A stretch of 64,000 nucleotides of DNA from Myxococcota bacterium. Its GTDB lineage: Bacteria; Myxococcota; Myxococcia; Myxococcales; Myxococcaceae. The stretch is from assembly GCA_049322255.1 (NCBI GenBank), contig JBMORE010000022.1, forward strand, positions 124,001-188,000, given 5' to 3'. The position numbers and the translations under genes were made by a program. The notes under the pieces are model-generated. The model was not told where the DNA came from. It did not search any database and was given only the letters and a program-made list of their open reading frames with translations. Of the stretch, positions 37,401-45,781 are shown one piece after another (position 1 is the first letter of the stretch; every line of letters begins with the position of its first letter).

Positions 37401-37834
37401 TCGAATTGGGTCGCGCCAAGGTCGACGGGCGGGTGCGTGTCGAAGAAAAGCAGATTCACGTCCGCGCTCGAGTCGAGGAGTTGGATGTCGCGGTGCGCGA
37501 CTACTCGGCGAACGTAGAAGGTCAGCGTCTCGACCTGGCACGCGGAAGGCTCAAGGGCTCGGGTACGGTAGACGTCAAGACGGGCGAGGGTTTTTCAGTG
37601 GATGCCGACGTTCGCGCCCTCGAGCTCGAGGCGCGTGAGCTGTCTGGCGCCCGTGGCGGAGCGAAGGCTCAGGTGGGCCGCACCACCGTGCGTGGCAGCG
37701 GTCGGGTGCAGCTCGACTCGAAGGGCGACCTTAGGCTGGACGGAGACCTCGAGGTCGACAGTGAGCTCCGGCGCGCCAGCTACCGTAGCGTGACCGTCTC
37801 CAAGGACGCGGGCACCGTCTCCAAGCAGCGCTGA
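34457..37834 (+). CDS. Large beta-strand-rich hypothetical protein with internal tandem duplication
   Basis: 1125-aa ORF with GGGAG RBS and an extended -10-like TGtTACGAT at 34419-34427; amphipathic beta pattern throughout; two homologous halves. Confidence 0.8.
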   Translation: MKVGEKGSAAATGARPATPERPAPTPAPASTGWIPKTRSAPPQSSFGPAESGRPQRIGASAAEAVKGLSPSSLPSVDPLQALDAVKDGTVTLNVPLQPGKHTLKGVSFEVEPGTVMKVQVQVRDGKIVAARDEHGRDTGEGTKVEIHPPIDLPLWVSGNGAYVRDQKGAQVAFQADLGGMLDMRFKSSGSSLSEVVRAFDRGNAQPAGSVPSTGGKEEKKTSKSRALPAELFAFDRATFSGEVSLKDKVIEAGGLKVDLAPGTRVQVQGNAHEAELAGQVQLDGLDLKQDGVFAAVGRGSATIRATFRRADDGTMHVSTRVSEVDATIQGLESVRPGAQGQDPDRFALGPTRLKNGVIELDSTVRLSKEGRPEVQSSSVRARLEVEGSLLPSKLSVRDGRDDASLAFSGGRVQGTIELGPEKTGLDVEIDDAMVEVKDLQTESADAALDLHHARAEGKVRLQTSGGEGAFNLEVEARKIDVQVDDLRARRGDASVDLAKSTVTGAGTLKANSGGGFSVEGDLRLHGQVDDLQLRAQEQMLDVAAGSNVDLQLSRLTTGKDQGLNVVARGRLDVGLDQAQVKVGGAGGVGKGRLRGTADVHIGETERSVELSDAHLSASAGVSTGRLSGTPTAAKPKAALSAAPAGVRSVEEVSRMSAKEIAGGSETPQASGERPDLRSALAHLRSGKVELEVPIEGHAGLNDMLGVTFEPGTKLQVSGEVVDGKLVPDTLKVRLSRPADGPGWIELKGAYLDKEHTLRLDLAGMHDFAVPGMERLPMQFDAFLDRVAPRKEKREEPPAPSSGPPPSAKKPASAPQPELINTKELQLTVSDATFRPGPIHLPGGTMMVTEKTKLSLTHGPQKSSLSGRVDFSSFELDRGGVAVGTGKGSAQLTVNISGRGETRVVEAELKDLTIDTQYAVQKRANGDYLHLAEGRIEKATISIVDRPGDEDQIEEARMDIPRFSGTIGGGRMTVMDAGGTSTIELGRAKVDGRVRVEEKQIHVRARVEELDVAVRDYSANVEGQRLDLARGRLKGSGTVDVKTGEGFSVDADVRALELEARELSGARGGAKAQVGRTTVRGSGRVQLDSKGDLRLDGDLEVDSELRRASYRSVTVSKDAGTVSKQR

Positions 37835-37837
37835 GCA

Positions 37838-38395
37838 TCAGCCGCTGTGCGAGCCGAGCTTGCTCGCCCCGCTCACGCTCGACAACCGCCCGTAGAGCGT
37901 CTCGGTGAGCAGGAACCAGTACTGCGCGTCTCCGAAGGAAAGAATGTCGCCGTCGCGGAGCATCGACTCCCTTCGCACCATGACGCTCGCGTTGAGGAAG
38001 GTGCCGTTGGTCGAGTCGAGGTCCTGCACGGTGCAGCGCTTGGCTGCCTCGTCCCACCGCAGGCGGGCGTGCCGCTTCGACACCGAGCCGTCGTCGATCA
38101 CCAAATCGCAGTCGGGCTGCCTGCCGACGATCAGCTCGTCGACGCCCTGCAGCGGCGGTAACGTCGCCACCGTCAGCTCCTCGAACTCGAACAGCAACGA
38201 CAACGCGTTCTGAGAAATGTCCTCGGGGCGCGCCATCTTGGTGGCGGCGACGTTCACCGGCAGCCCCATCTTGTCGGTGCCACCAGCGGCTTCTCCGGGA
38301 GGCCGCTGCACCAGCACGAATGGTCCCAGCTGCTGGCGAAACCTCTCCAGCTGGAGCGAGCGCGCCAACGTGCGGAGCTCTTTGACCGATAGCAC
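37838..38395 (-). CDS. FHA domain protein
   Basis: VGRQPDCDLVIDDGSVSKRHA...DLDSTNGT...LRDGDILSFG. Confidence 0.9.
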   Translation of the reverse strand: MLSVKELRTLARSLQLERFRQQLGPFVLVQRPPGEAAGGTDKMGLPVNVAATKMARPEDISQNALSLLFEFEELTVATLPPLQGVDELIVGRQPDCDLVIDDGSVSKRHARLRWDEAAKRCTVQDLDSTNGTFLNASVMVRRESMLRDGDILSFGDAQYWFLLTETLYGRLSSVSGASKLGSHSG

Positions 38396-38428
38396 GGGCC
38401 GAAGCGTAGTGCGCCTTGCGAAAAAATG

Positions 38429-38947
38429 TCAGCGGGGGCGAGTGAGCTTTCGGTGCAGCGCCGCGGTGAGCAAGAAGCAGAACCGGGCGTCACCGAAGGT
38501 GAGGTTGTCGCCGTCTTTCAGGTACATGCGCATGTGCAGCTCGTCGCCGTTGAGCAGGGTGCCGTTGGACGACTTGAGGTCCTCCACCGCCGCCCGCTGC
38601 TCGTCAGCCAACCAATGAATGTTCGCGTGACGCTTGGACACCGAGGGGTCGTCGACCACCAGGTCGCAGTCGGGCAACCGCCCCACCGTCAGTACCGCGC
38701 CCTCGCTCACCGGAGGCAGCGTGGCCACCACCAGGTCCTCGAACTCGAGCAGGAGGGAGTCGTCCTCCACCAGAGCGCCCCGCTTCACCGCCACCGTGCG
38801 CTTGGCGCCCAGCTTGAGCGCCAGCTGCGCCACCCGGGCATCGGTCGGCCGTTGCACCAGAGCAAAGGGGCCGAGCTGCCGCAGGAGCTCTGCGGCGCTC
38901 ATGTCTTTGGCGTACTCCCGAAGCTCCCGCATCGACAGCACGGGCAA
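38429..38947 (-). CDS. FHA domain protein, paralogue of the neighbour
   Basis: VGRLPDCDLVVDDPSVSKRHA...DLKSSNGT...LKDGDNLTFG. Confidence 0.9.
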   Translation of the reverse strand: MPVLSMRELREYAKDMSAAELLRQLGPFALVQRPTDARVAQLALKLGAKRTVAVKRGALVEDDSLLLEFEDLVVATLPPVSEGAVLTVGRLPDCDLVVDDPSVSKRHANIHWLADEQRAAVEDLKSSNGTLLNGDELHMRMYLKDGDNLTFGDARFCFLLTAALHRKLTRPR

Positions 38948-39006
38948 AGCCTAGCGCGGGCGGTGGATTTTCGATATCCCGTGCAGCTTTAGAAGAGGCT
39001 TTGGCG

Positions 39007-39498
39007 ATGAGTGACACCATTCCCATGACTCCCGGCGGGCTGCGCAAGCTCAAGGAGGAGCTCAAGCAGCTCCAGACCGTGGAGCGAATCAAAATCTCCA
39101 AGGAAATCGAGGTGGCGCGCGCCCACGGCGACCTGCGAGAGAACGCCGAGTACCACGCCGCGAAGGAGAAGCAGGCCCACATCGAGGGCCGAATCATGGA
39201 CATCAACGGCTATCTGGCGCGCGCCGAGGTCATCGACGTCCAGAAGCTCAAAGGCTCCGAGAAGGTCGTCTTCGGTGCCACTGTGGTGCTCCTCGACTCC
39301 GAGACGGACAAGGAAGTGACCTACCGCATCGTCGGTGAGCTGGAGGCCGACCTCAAAAAGCGGTGGATCTCGGTCACCTCGCCGGTCGCGCGCAGCCTGG
39401 TGGGCCGCTCGGTGGGTGATGTCGCCACGGTGCAAAGCCCCGGCGGCGCCCGCGAGTACGAGATCATCGAAGTGCGGTTCGAGGACGCAGAGGGTTAA
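39007..39498 (+). CDS. greA: Transcription elongation factor GreA
   Basis: ARAHGDLRENAEYHAAKE, VVFGATV, YRIVGELEAD, ISVTSPVARSL. Confidence 0.96.
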   Translation: MSDTIPMTPGGLRKLKEELKQLQTVERIKISKEIEVARAHGDLRENAEYHAAKEKQAHIEGRIMDINGYLARAEVIDVQKLKGSEKVVFGATVVLLDSETDKEVTYRIVGELEADLKKRWISVTSPVARSLVGRSVGDVATVQSPGGAREYEIIEVRFEDAEG

Positions 39499-39509
39499 AG
39501 GCCAAAGCC

Positions 39510-41987
39510 GTGGGCCCGCACCCGCTCGAGAGCCTGATCGGCCCCTTACGTTACGCCTGCCAGAACGACTTCGCCCAGCTGCCCAGGGTGAAGGAGCTTC
39601 GTGGGTTACTCCACAACGCGCTCAAGGCCGCACGCACCAGCGGCGCCCTCGACGAGCGCACCCTCGCTCCGTTCACGGACGAGCTGGCCCGGGTCGATGC
39701 GCCGCAGCCCGAGGAACGCAAGGCGTCGCTTCGTCGGTTGGTCGGGTGTCTCGCCGACGTCGGCGTGCCGTTGCCCCCGGAGCTGGCGGCCCTCACCGGG
39801 CAGAAGGCGCCCCAGGTGCGCCCCAGGACGAAGAGGGCGCCCGCGCCTGTGCCGGTGGACGAGCCTCGGCTCTTGTCCATCGCCCCCCGCTCGGGGCCGC
39901 TGTCCACCCCGCTCAAGAACGTGGGCTTTCGGGTCAACCCGCGCCTGCTCGGCCAGCTCACCAAGAAGGGCGTGCGCAAAGTGGGCGACGTGCTCTTCCT
40001 TTTGCCTCGCGTCTACGAAGACCGACGGATGATGCGCACCATCGCTCAACTGGCGCCGGGCGAGCGGGGGGTGACGGTGGGCGAGGTGAAGACCGCGGGT
40101 GAAGCCAACGTGCGTCGCGGGCGCAAGATGTTTCGCGCGGTGATCGGCGACGGTACAGGGACGATTTCCGCCACCTTCTTTCAGACCGGGCCGTGGCTGA
40201 AGGCGAAGTTCCCCGTGGGTAGGAGGGTGGTCATCTCAGGCGAGGTACGCGCCTCGGCGTACGGCCGGGAAATCGCCCACCCCGAGGTCGAGCCGGCCGA
40301 CGACCTCGACTCCTCGTCGATTCACTTCAACCGCATCGTCCCGGTGTACCCGGGCTTCGAGCGCCACGAGCAGCGCGCCTTTCGCGAGCTCGCCTACAAG
40401 GTTTCGGAAAAGTACGCCGGCCATCTCGAAGAGCCGCTCCCGCAGGCGCTGCGTCAAAAGCTGGGCTTGCTCGAGCTCACCGAGGCGATTCGGCGCATTC
40501 ACTTTCCCCGCGAGAACGACGATCTGGCGCAGCTCGACCGCCACCTCTCGCCCGCCCACCGCCGTTTGGCCTTCGACGAGCTGTTCTTTCTCCAGCTGGG
40601 GGTTTCGCTCAAGCGCCAGGGCGTCAAGGGGCAGCCGGGCATCGCCTTCGATGTCTCCCAAGCACGCCTGGCCAAGGCCAAGTCGGTGCTGCCCTTCGAG
40701 CTGACGCGCGCGCAGACGCGGGTGATCAAGGAGCTGTGCAAGGACATGGGCCGGCGCGAGCCGATGAACCGGCTGCTCCAGGGCGACGTGGGCTCAGGAA
40801 AGACCGCGGTGGCGGCGGTGGCGGCGGCGATCGCCCTGCAGGACGGGTACCAGGTGGCGCTGATGGCACCCACCGAGATTCTCGCCGAGCAGCACACCCG
40901 CACCTTCCAGACGCTCCTGACGCCGCTGGGCTTCGAGGTCGGCCTGGTCACCGCCGGCGGCACCGCCAAGCACAGGCGCGAGGTGCGCGCGGCGTTGGCG
41001 GAAGGCCGCATTCACCTCGCCATCGGCACCCACGCGCTCATCCAGGAGGGGGTGGAGCTCGCCGGTCTGGGGCTGGTGATCATCGACGAGCAGCACCGCT
41101 TCGGAGTGATTCAGCGTCACTCCCTCATCTCCCGCGGGCAGTGGCCCGATGTGCTGGTGATGACCGCCACCCCCATCCCTCGCACGCTGGCGATGACGCT
41201 GTACGGCGACCTCGACGTGTCGGTCATCGACGAGCTGCCGCCGGGGCGCACGCCGGTCACCACCAAGGTGTTCGTGGAGAAGGCGCGCGAGCGGGTGTAC
41301 CAGGCGATGCGCGCCGAGCTCGCCAAAGGCCACCAGTGCTACGTCGTCTACCCGCTGGTGGAGGAGTCGGAGAAGGTCGACCTGGCCGACGCCACCCAGG
41401 GGGCGCAGCGGCTGGCGGAGGTGTTTGCCGATCGCAGGGTCGGCCTTTTGCACGGGCGCCTGCGCCAGGAGGAGAAAGACGCGGTGATGGCGGCCTTCCG
41501 TGACCGGAAGATCGACATCCTGGTGTGCACCACCGTGGTCGAGGTGGGGGTCGACGTACCCAACGCCTCGGTGATGGTCATCGAAGCCGCCGAGCGGTTC
41601 GGCTTGTCCCAGCTCCATCAGCTGCGGGGGCGGGTGGGGCGGGGCGCTGCGGCGAGCTACTGCTTCCTGCTGGCGGGCTATGCGCGCTCCAAGGAGTCGA
41701 GCGACCGACTGCAGGTGATGGAAAAGAGCAACGACGGCTTCGTCATCGCCGAGAAGGACCTCGAGCTGCGCGGCCCGGGCGAGTTTCTCGGCACCCGGCA
41801 AAGCGGCATGCCCGAGCTGGCGGTGGCCAACTTGAGCCGCGACCAGCTCCTGCTCTCCGTAGCGCGCGACGAAGCCCGGGAGATTCTCGAGCGGGACTCA
41901 GCCTTGCGCTTGCCAGAGCACGCCGGGCTCGTCCGAGCGCTGGAAGAACGCTGGGAGGGCCGCCTCGCCCTCGCCCGCGTGGGCTGA
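39510..41987 (+). CDS. recG: ATP-dependent DNA helicase RecG
   Basis: MNRLLQGDVGSGKT, IDEQHRFG, MTATPIPRTL, AERFGLSQLHQLRGRVGRG, DLELRGPGE. Confidence 0.97.
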   Translation: MGPHPLESLIGPLRYACQNDFAQLPRVKELRGLLHNALKAARTSGALDERTLAPFTDELARVDAPQPEERKASLRRLVGCLADVGVPLPPELAALTGQKAPQVRPRTKRAPAPVPVDEPRLLSIAPRSGPLSTPLKNVGFRVNPRLLGQLTKKGVRKVGDVLFLLPRVYEDRRMMRTIAQLAPGERGVTVGEVKTAGEANVRRGRKMFRAVIGDGTGTISATFFQTGPWLKAKFPVGRRVVISGEVRASAYGREIAHPEVEPADDLDSSSIHFNRIVPVYPGFERHEQRAFRELAYKVSEKYAGHLEEPLPQALRQKLGLLELTEAIRRIHFPRENDDLAQLDRHLSPAHRRLAFDELFFLQLGVSLKRQGVKGQPGIAFDVSQARLAKAKSVLPFELTRAQTRVIKELCKDMGRREPMNRLLQGDVGSGKTAVAAVAAAIALQDGYQVALMAPTEILAEQHTRTFQTLLTPLGFEVGLVTAGGTAKHRREVRAALAEGRIHLAIGTHALIQEGVELAGLGLVIIDEQHRFGVIQRHSLISRGQWPDVLVMTATPIPRTLAMTLYGDLDVSVIDELPPGRTPVTTKVFVEKARERVYQAMRAELAKGHQCYVVYPLVEESEKVDLADATQGAQRLAEVFADRRVGLLHGRLRQEEKDAVMAAFRDRKIDILVCTTVVEVGVDVPNASVMVIEAAERFGLSQLHQLRGRVGRGAAASYCFLLAGYARSKESSDRLQVMEKSNDGFVIAEKDLELRGPGEFLGTRQSGMPELAVANLSRDQLLLSVARDEAREILERDSALRLPEHAGLVRALEERWEGRLALARVG

Positions 41988-41992
41988 CCTCA

Positions 41993-42083
41993 CCCTCTCC
42001 CTGTGGGAGAGGGCAAGGGTGAGGGAACCTTCAACTTGTCGAGCTGACACCCCTCACCCCTTCCCTCTCCCACAGGGAGAGGG
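41993..42083. repeat. Inverted pair of REP-like repeats (BIME-like), copies D and D'
   Basis: 41993-42025 CCCTCTCCC-tgt-GGGAGAGGG-caa-GGGTGAGGG and inverted 42051-42083 CCCTCACCC-ctt-CCCTCTCCC-aca-GGGAGAGGG. Confidence 0.9.
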
Positions 42084-42098
42084 GAGACTCAAGGAGCC

Positions 42099-42656
42099 AT
42101 GATCATCTGTCCGGTCTGTGAGCATCAGCAGCAAAGCGGGGCCGAGTGCGACGGCTGCGGGAAGGTCTTCGTCGCCTCGCCCGTGTTCGAGGTGCGTTCC
42201 GATCCGGTGCCCGGATTGGAGGGCACGCCGCTGGGCGCCCCCGGGGTGCCGGTGGCTGTGAATGCGCTGAACGATCTGGAGGTCAACACCTTACGTTCCG
42301 GTCCCGATCTGCCGCCGCAACAGGTGCCCGAGCTCGAGCGAGCCCGCCAAGAGGTGGGCGCGGTTGCAGTCCAGCCGATGAACGAGCTCGACCGGGCCCG
42401 CGCGGAGGACGACGGCGTGCGCACGCAAGTGCCGACGGGCGCGGTCACCTGTCGTTACTGCCGCCACGTGCAGGCCGAAGGGCTCTTGTGCGAGCGCTGC
42501 GGCATGCGGCTGCCCCGCGCGGCGGTCACGGGCACGCCGACGGCGGCGAAGCCAGCCGAAACCATTTGGACCCGTTGCCGTTCTTGCGGCGCCCCCGCGA
42601 AGGCCGGCATGCGCTGCGGAGACTGCGGCAAGCCGGTGCCGCTTCCCGACGTATGA
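42099..42656 (+). CDS. Zinc-ribbon protein with six CxxC motifs
   Basis: AAGGAG RBS; CPVC/CDGC, CRYC/CERC, CRSC/CGDC; ATGA overlap with thrC. Confidence 0.8.
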   Translation: MIICPVCEHQQQSGAECDGCGKVFVASPVFEVRSDPVPGLEGTPLGAPGVPVAVNALNDLEVNTLRSGPDLPPQQVPELERARQEVGAVAVQPMNELDRARAEDDGVRTQVPTGAVTCRYCRHVQAEGLLCERCGMRLPRAAVTGTPTAAKPAETIWTRCRSCGAPAKAGMRCGDCGKPVPLPDV

Positions 42657-43984
42657 ATGCCCCCTTGCGCGCCGAGCTGGTGTGCTCGCAAGGGTGCGCC
42701 TTTGCCGCCCCCGTCACCGAGGTCGTCTATCAGTGTCCGGCATGCGCGGGCCTGCTCGAGGTGCGGCACGACGTCGCGGCCCTCCAGGCGCGCTCGCCTC
42801 AGGAATGGAAGGAGCTCTTTTCAGCTCGCTACGGCGAAGCCTCGCTACCCAACGCCTCGGGCATCTGGGGGAAGAAGGAGTGGGTGCTTCCCGAGCTTCC
42901 CCAAGAGCACATCGTCAGCTTGGGCGAAGGCCACGGGCCTCTCTTGCCACTGCCGCGGATGGCACGCGAGCTGGGGCTCTCCTCGCTGGAGCTCAAGGCA
43001 TGCGGCGTCTCCCCCACCGGCAGCTTCAAGGACCTGGGGATGACGGTGCTCGTCTCGGCGGTGAAGTGGATGCGCGCGCGTGGGCAACGCATTCGCGCGG
43101 TGGCCTGCGCATCGACCGGCGACACCTCGGCCGCGGTGTCCGCCTATTGCGCCGCCGCCGGCATTCCCTCGGTGGTCTTTCTTCCCAGGGGGAAGGTGTC
43201 GATCGCCCAGTTGCTCCAACCGATTTCCAACGGGGCGCTCGTGCTTTCTCTCGATACCGATTTCGACGGGTGCATGCGGGTGGTGCGCGAAGTGACCGCG
43301 AACCGGTCGATCTACCTCGCCAACTCGATGAACTCGCTTCGTCTGGAGGGGCAGAAGATCGTCGCCGCCGAGCTGTGTCAGCAGCGAGGGTGGCAGGCCC
43401 CCGACTGGGTGGTCATTCCCGGAGGCAACCTCGGCAATGCCAGCGCGCTGGCCATGGGCTTTACGCTTCTGTTGGCCCTGGGGCTCATCGATCGCCTGCC
43501 GCGCATCGCGGTAGGGCAGGCGCACAAAGCCAACCCGCTGTACCGCTCCTTTCAGACCGGATTTCTCGACACCTCCCCGGTGCACGCACGAGCGACGCTG
43601 GCCAGCGCGATTCAGATCGGCGACCCAGTGTCGATGAAGCGGGCGATTCGCGCCTTGAAGGCCTTCGACGGCGTGGTGGAAGAGGCCTCCGAGTCGGAGC
43701 TGGCCAACGCATCTGCCCGCGCCGACCGTGAGGGCGCCTATTGCTGCCCACAGACCGGGGTCGCGCTGGCGGCGCTCGAGCGACTGTGCGCCAAAGGGGT
43801 CGTCGCCCCGCAAAGCCAGGTGGTGGTCATCTCCACCGCGCACGGCCTCAAGTTCTCTTCTTTCAAGGAGAGCTACCACCTGGGCCGGCTACCCGAGGTG
43901 GAGAGCGTACAAGCGAACCCGCCGGTCGAAGTCGGCGCGACCTGCGCGGAGGTCGAGCGGGTGCTGGACCGACGGCTCGCCTGA
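42653..43984 (+). CDS. thrC: Threonine synthase
   Basis: PTGSFKDLGMTV, CASTGDTSAA, NSMNSLRLEGQK, PGGNLGN, STAHGLKF. Confidence 0.95.
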   Translation: MNAPLRAELVCSQGCAFAAPVTEVVYQCPACAGLLEVRHDVAALQARSPQEWKELFSARYGEASLPNASGIWGKKEWVLPELPQEHIVSLGEGHGPLLPLPRMARELGLSSLELKACGVSPTGSFKDLGMTVLVSAVKWMRARGQRIRAVACASTGDTSAAVSAYCAAAGIPSVVFLPRGKVSIAQLLQPISNGALVLSLDTDFDGCMRVVREVTANRSIYLANSMNSLRLEGQKIVAAELCQQRGWQAPDWVVIPGGNLGNASALAMGFTLLLALGLIDRLPRIAVGQAHKANPLYRSFQTGFLDTSPVHARATLASAIQIGDPVSMKRAIRALKAFDGVVEEASESELANASARADREGAYCCPQTGVALAALERLCAKGVVAPQSQVVVISTAHGLKFSSFKESYHLGRLPEVESVQANPPVEVGATCAEVERVLDRRLA

Positions 43985-44005
43985 AGGGTAGGTTCCCCGC
44001 CTGTC

Positions 44006-44356
44006 GTGAACGAGACGTCCTTCAGCGAAACCGAGGCGCACCGCGAGCTGGAGCGGTTACAGGCCGAGGTGTCCTCGCGCGCCAGCGTGGTGCACTTCGC
44101 CCACGCCGGCGTGTCGATGATCGTGGCGCTCTTGGTGGCAGGGGCGGCGGCCAAGCTGTTCTGGGACCTTCCCTTACGGGCCCTCGTCCTCGCCTTCTTT
44201 CCTTCGGCACTCTCGCTGGGTCTCGCCGCCTACTCGGTGCTGCACTATCGGCGGGGCAAGCGCGAGCTGGAAGGCGAGCTTCGCCGCTACCAGATGATGT
44301 TGACCCTGCGGCGCACGCTCCGGCTCGACGACCCGGCGGCGCTGCTCCCCCGATGA
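44006..44356 (+). CDS. Small two-TM hypothetical protein
   Basis: Two hydrophobic segments; ATGA overlap with tmk. Confidence 0.7.
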   Translation: MNETSFSETEAHRELERLQAEVSSRASVVHFAHAGVSMIVALLVAGAAAKLFWDLPLRALVLAFFPSALSLGLAAYSVLHYRRGKRELEGELRRYQMMLTLRRTLRLDDPAALLPR

Positions 44357-44997
44357 TCCCCCTTCAGCGCCTGCAAGGACGCTTCGTGGTGCTCGAGGGC
44401 ATCGACGGCGCGGGTACCACCACCCAGGCCGAGGCGATCGGTGCCGCCCTCACCGGCGAAGGCCGCAAAGTGCTCGTCACCCGCGAACCCTCCGATGGGC
44501 CCGTGGGCTCGCTTGCCCGCCAGGCGCTCGTGGGCAAGCTTTCGGTGTCGGGCGTCCGTCCGGCCCCGTCGCCGGCGACGATGGCGCTCTTGTTCGCGGC
44601 CGACCGCGTCGACCACCTGGCCGCCGAAATCATCCCGGCGATGCAGCGGGGCGAGATTGTCATCTGCGATCGCTACCTTCTTTCGTCGCTGGCATACCAG
44701 GGCGCCGAGCTGCCGCTGGCTTGGGTGGAGCAGATCAACAATCAGGCGGTCCTCCCCGATCTGACCCTCTTCCTCGAGGTGGACGTGCAGACGGCAGCTT
44801 TGCGGCGCGCCCGCCGGGGCGGAGCGGCCGAGCTCTACGACTCCGAGGAGAAACAGCGGCGCATCGCCAAGCAGTACCTCGCGGTCATTCGTCGCCGCGC
44901 AGCCAAGGAGCGCATCGTGCGCCTCGATGGCTCGTTGCCGGCCGCGGAGGTGACCCGGCTGGCGCTGGGGGCGATTCGCAAGACGCTCGAGGTGTGA
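44353..44997 (+). CDS. tmk: Thymidylate kinase
   Basis: FVVLEGIDGAGTTTQ, TREP, LLFAADR, CDRYLLSSLAYQG, PDLTLFL. Confidence 0.95.
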   Translation: MIPLQRLQGRFVVLEGIDGAGTTTQAEAIGAALTGEGRKVLVTREPSDGPVGSLARQALVGKLSVSGVRPAPSPATMALLFAADRVDHLAAEIIPAMQRGEIVICDRYLLSSLAYQGAELPLAWVEQINNQAVLPDLTLFLEVDVQTAALRRARRGGAAELYDSEEKQRRIAKQYLAVIRRRAAKERIVRLDGSLPAAEVTRLALGAIRKTLEV

Positions 44998-45031
44998 GGC
45001 GGCGCTGCCCGGCGCCTGCTACGTTGGCCGT

Positions 45032-45775
45032 GTGCGACCCAGCGGCGCGGCGGCGGTCATCATCGGCAACGAGGTTCTCTCCGCCAAGGTGGAAGACCAG
45101 AACGGCCCACACCTCATCCGGCGGCTGCGCGAGCGGGGCGTGCCGCTGCGCCACCTGGCGATGGTGCCCGACGAGGTGGACGCGATTGTCGAGGCGCTCA
45201 CCGTGGCCCGGCGCCACGCCCGCTACGTCTTCACCAGCGGCGGCATCGGCCCCACCCACGACGACGTCACCGTGCGCGCGGTGGCCCTCGCGCTGGGTAA
45301 GCCGGTGGTGCGCCTGCCCGAGGTGGAGGCGCTCCTTCGCCAACATTACGGCGAAAAGCCTCCCGCCGCCGCCCTGCGCCTGGCCGAGGCCCCCATGGGC
45401 ACCGAGCTCCTCTTTCAGGAAGGCATCTGGTACCCGGTGCTGGTCTGTGACGAGTTGTTCTTGCTCCCCGGCGTGCCGCAGCTGTTTCGGCAGCAGCTCG
45501 AGGCGGTGTTGCCGCGAATCGTGGGCGTGCCGGTGGTGGTGCGCTGCCTCTACCTCGCCGCGCAAGAGGCGGAGATCGCCCACGTGCTCGACCGGGTCGC
45601 CTTGGCCATGCCCAAGGTGCAAATCGGCTCGTACCCCACCCTCGATCGCGACGCAGGCTACAAGGTGAAGGTGACGGTGGAGCACTCGGATGCCGGCCTG
45701 GTCGACGAGGTGGTCGCGCAGCTGACCGCGGCGCTTCCCCCGGGTTCGGTTCAACGGGTGGACGAGGCGCGTTAG
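45032..45775 (+). CDS. CinA-like / molybdopterin-binding domain protein
   Basis: IIGNEVLSAKVEDQN, TSGGIGPTHDDVT, LPGVP, IGSYP. Confidence 0.9.
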   Translation: MRPSGAAAVIIGNEVLSAKVEDQNGPHLIRRLRERGVPLRHLAMVPDEVDAIVEALTVARRHARYVFTSGGIGPTHDDVTVRAVALALGKPVVRLPEVEALLRQHYGEKPPAAALRLAEAPMGTELLFQEGIWYPVLVCDELFLLPGVPQLFRQQLEAVLPRIVGVPVVVRCLYLAAQEAEIAHVLDRVALAMPKVQIGSYPTLDRDAGYKVKVTVEHSDAGLVDEVVAQLTAALPPGSVQRVDEAR

Positions 45776-45781
45776 GCGGCG

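Noticed and set aside
41993..42083. Repeat pairs as a CRISPR mini-array or IS ends
   Set aside because: Copies are inverted and dispersed, with no spacer series and no cas or transposase gene.
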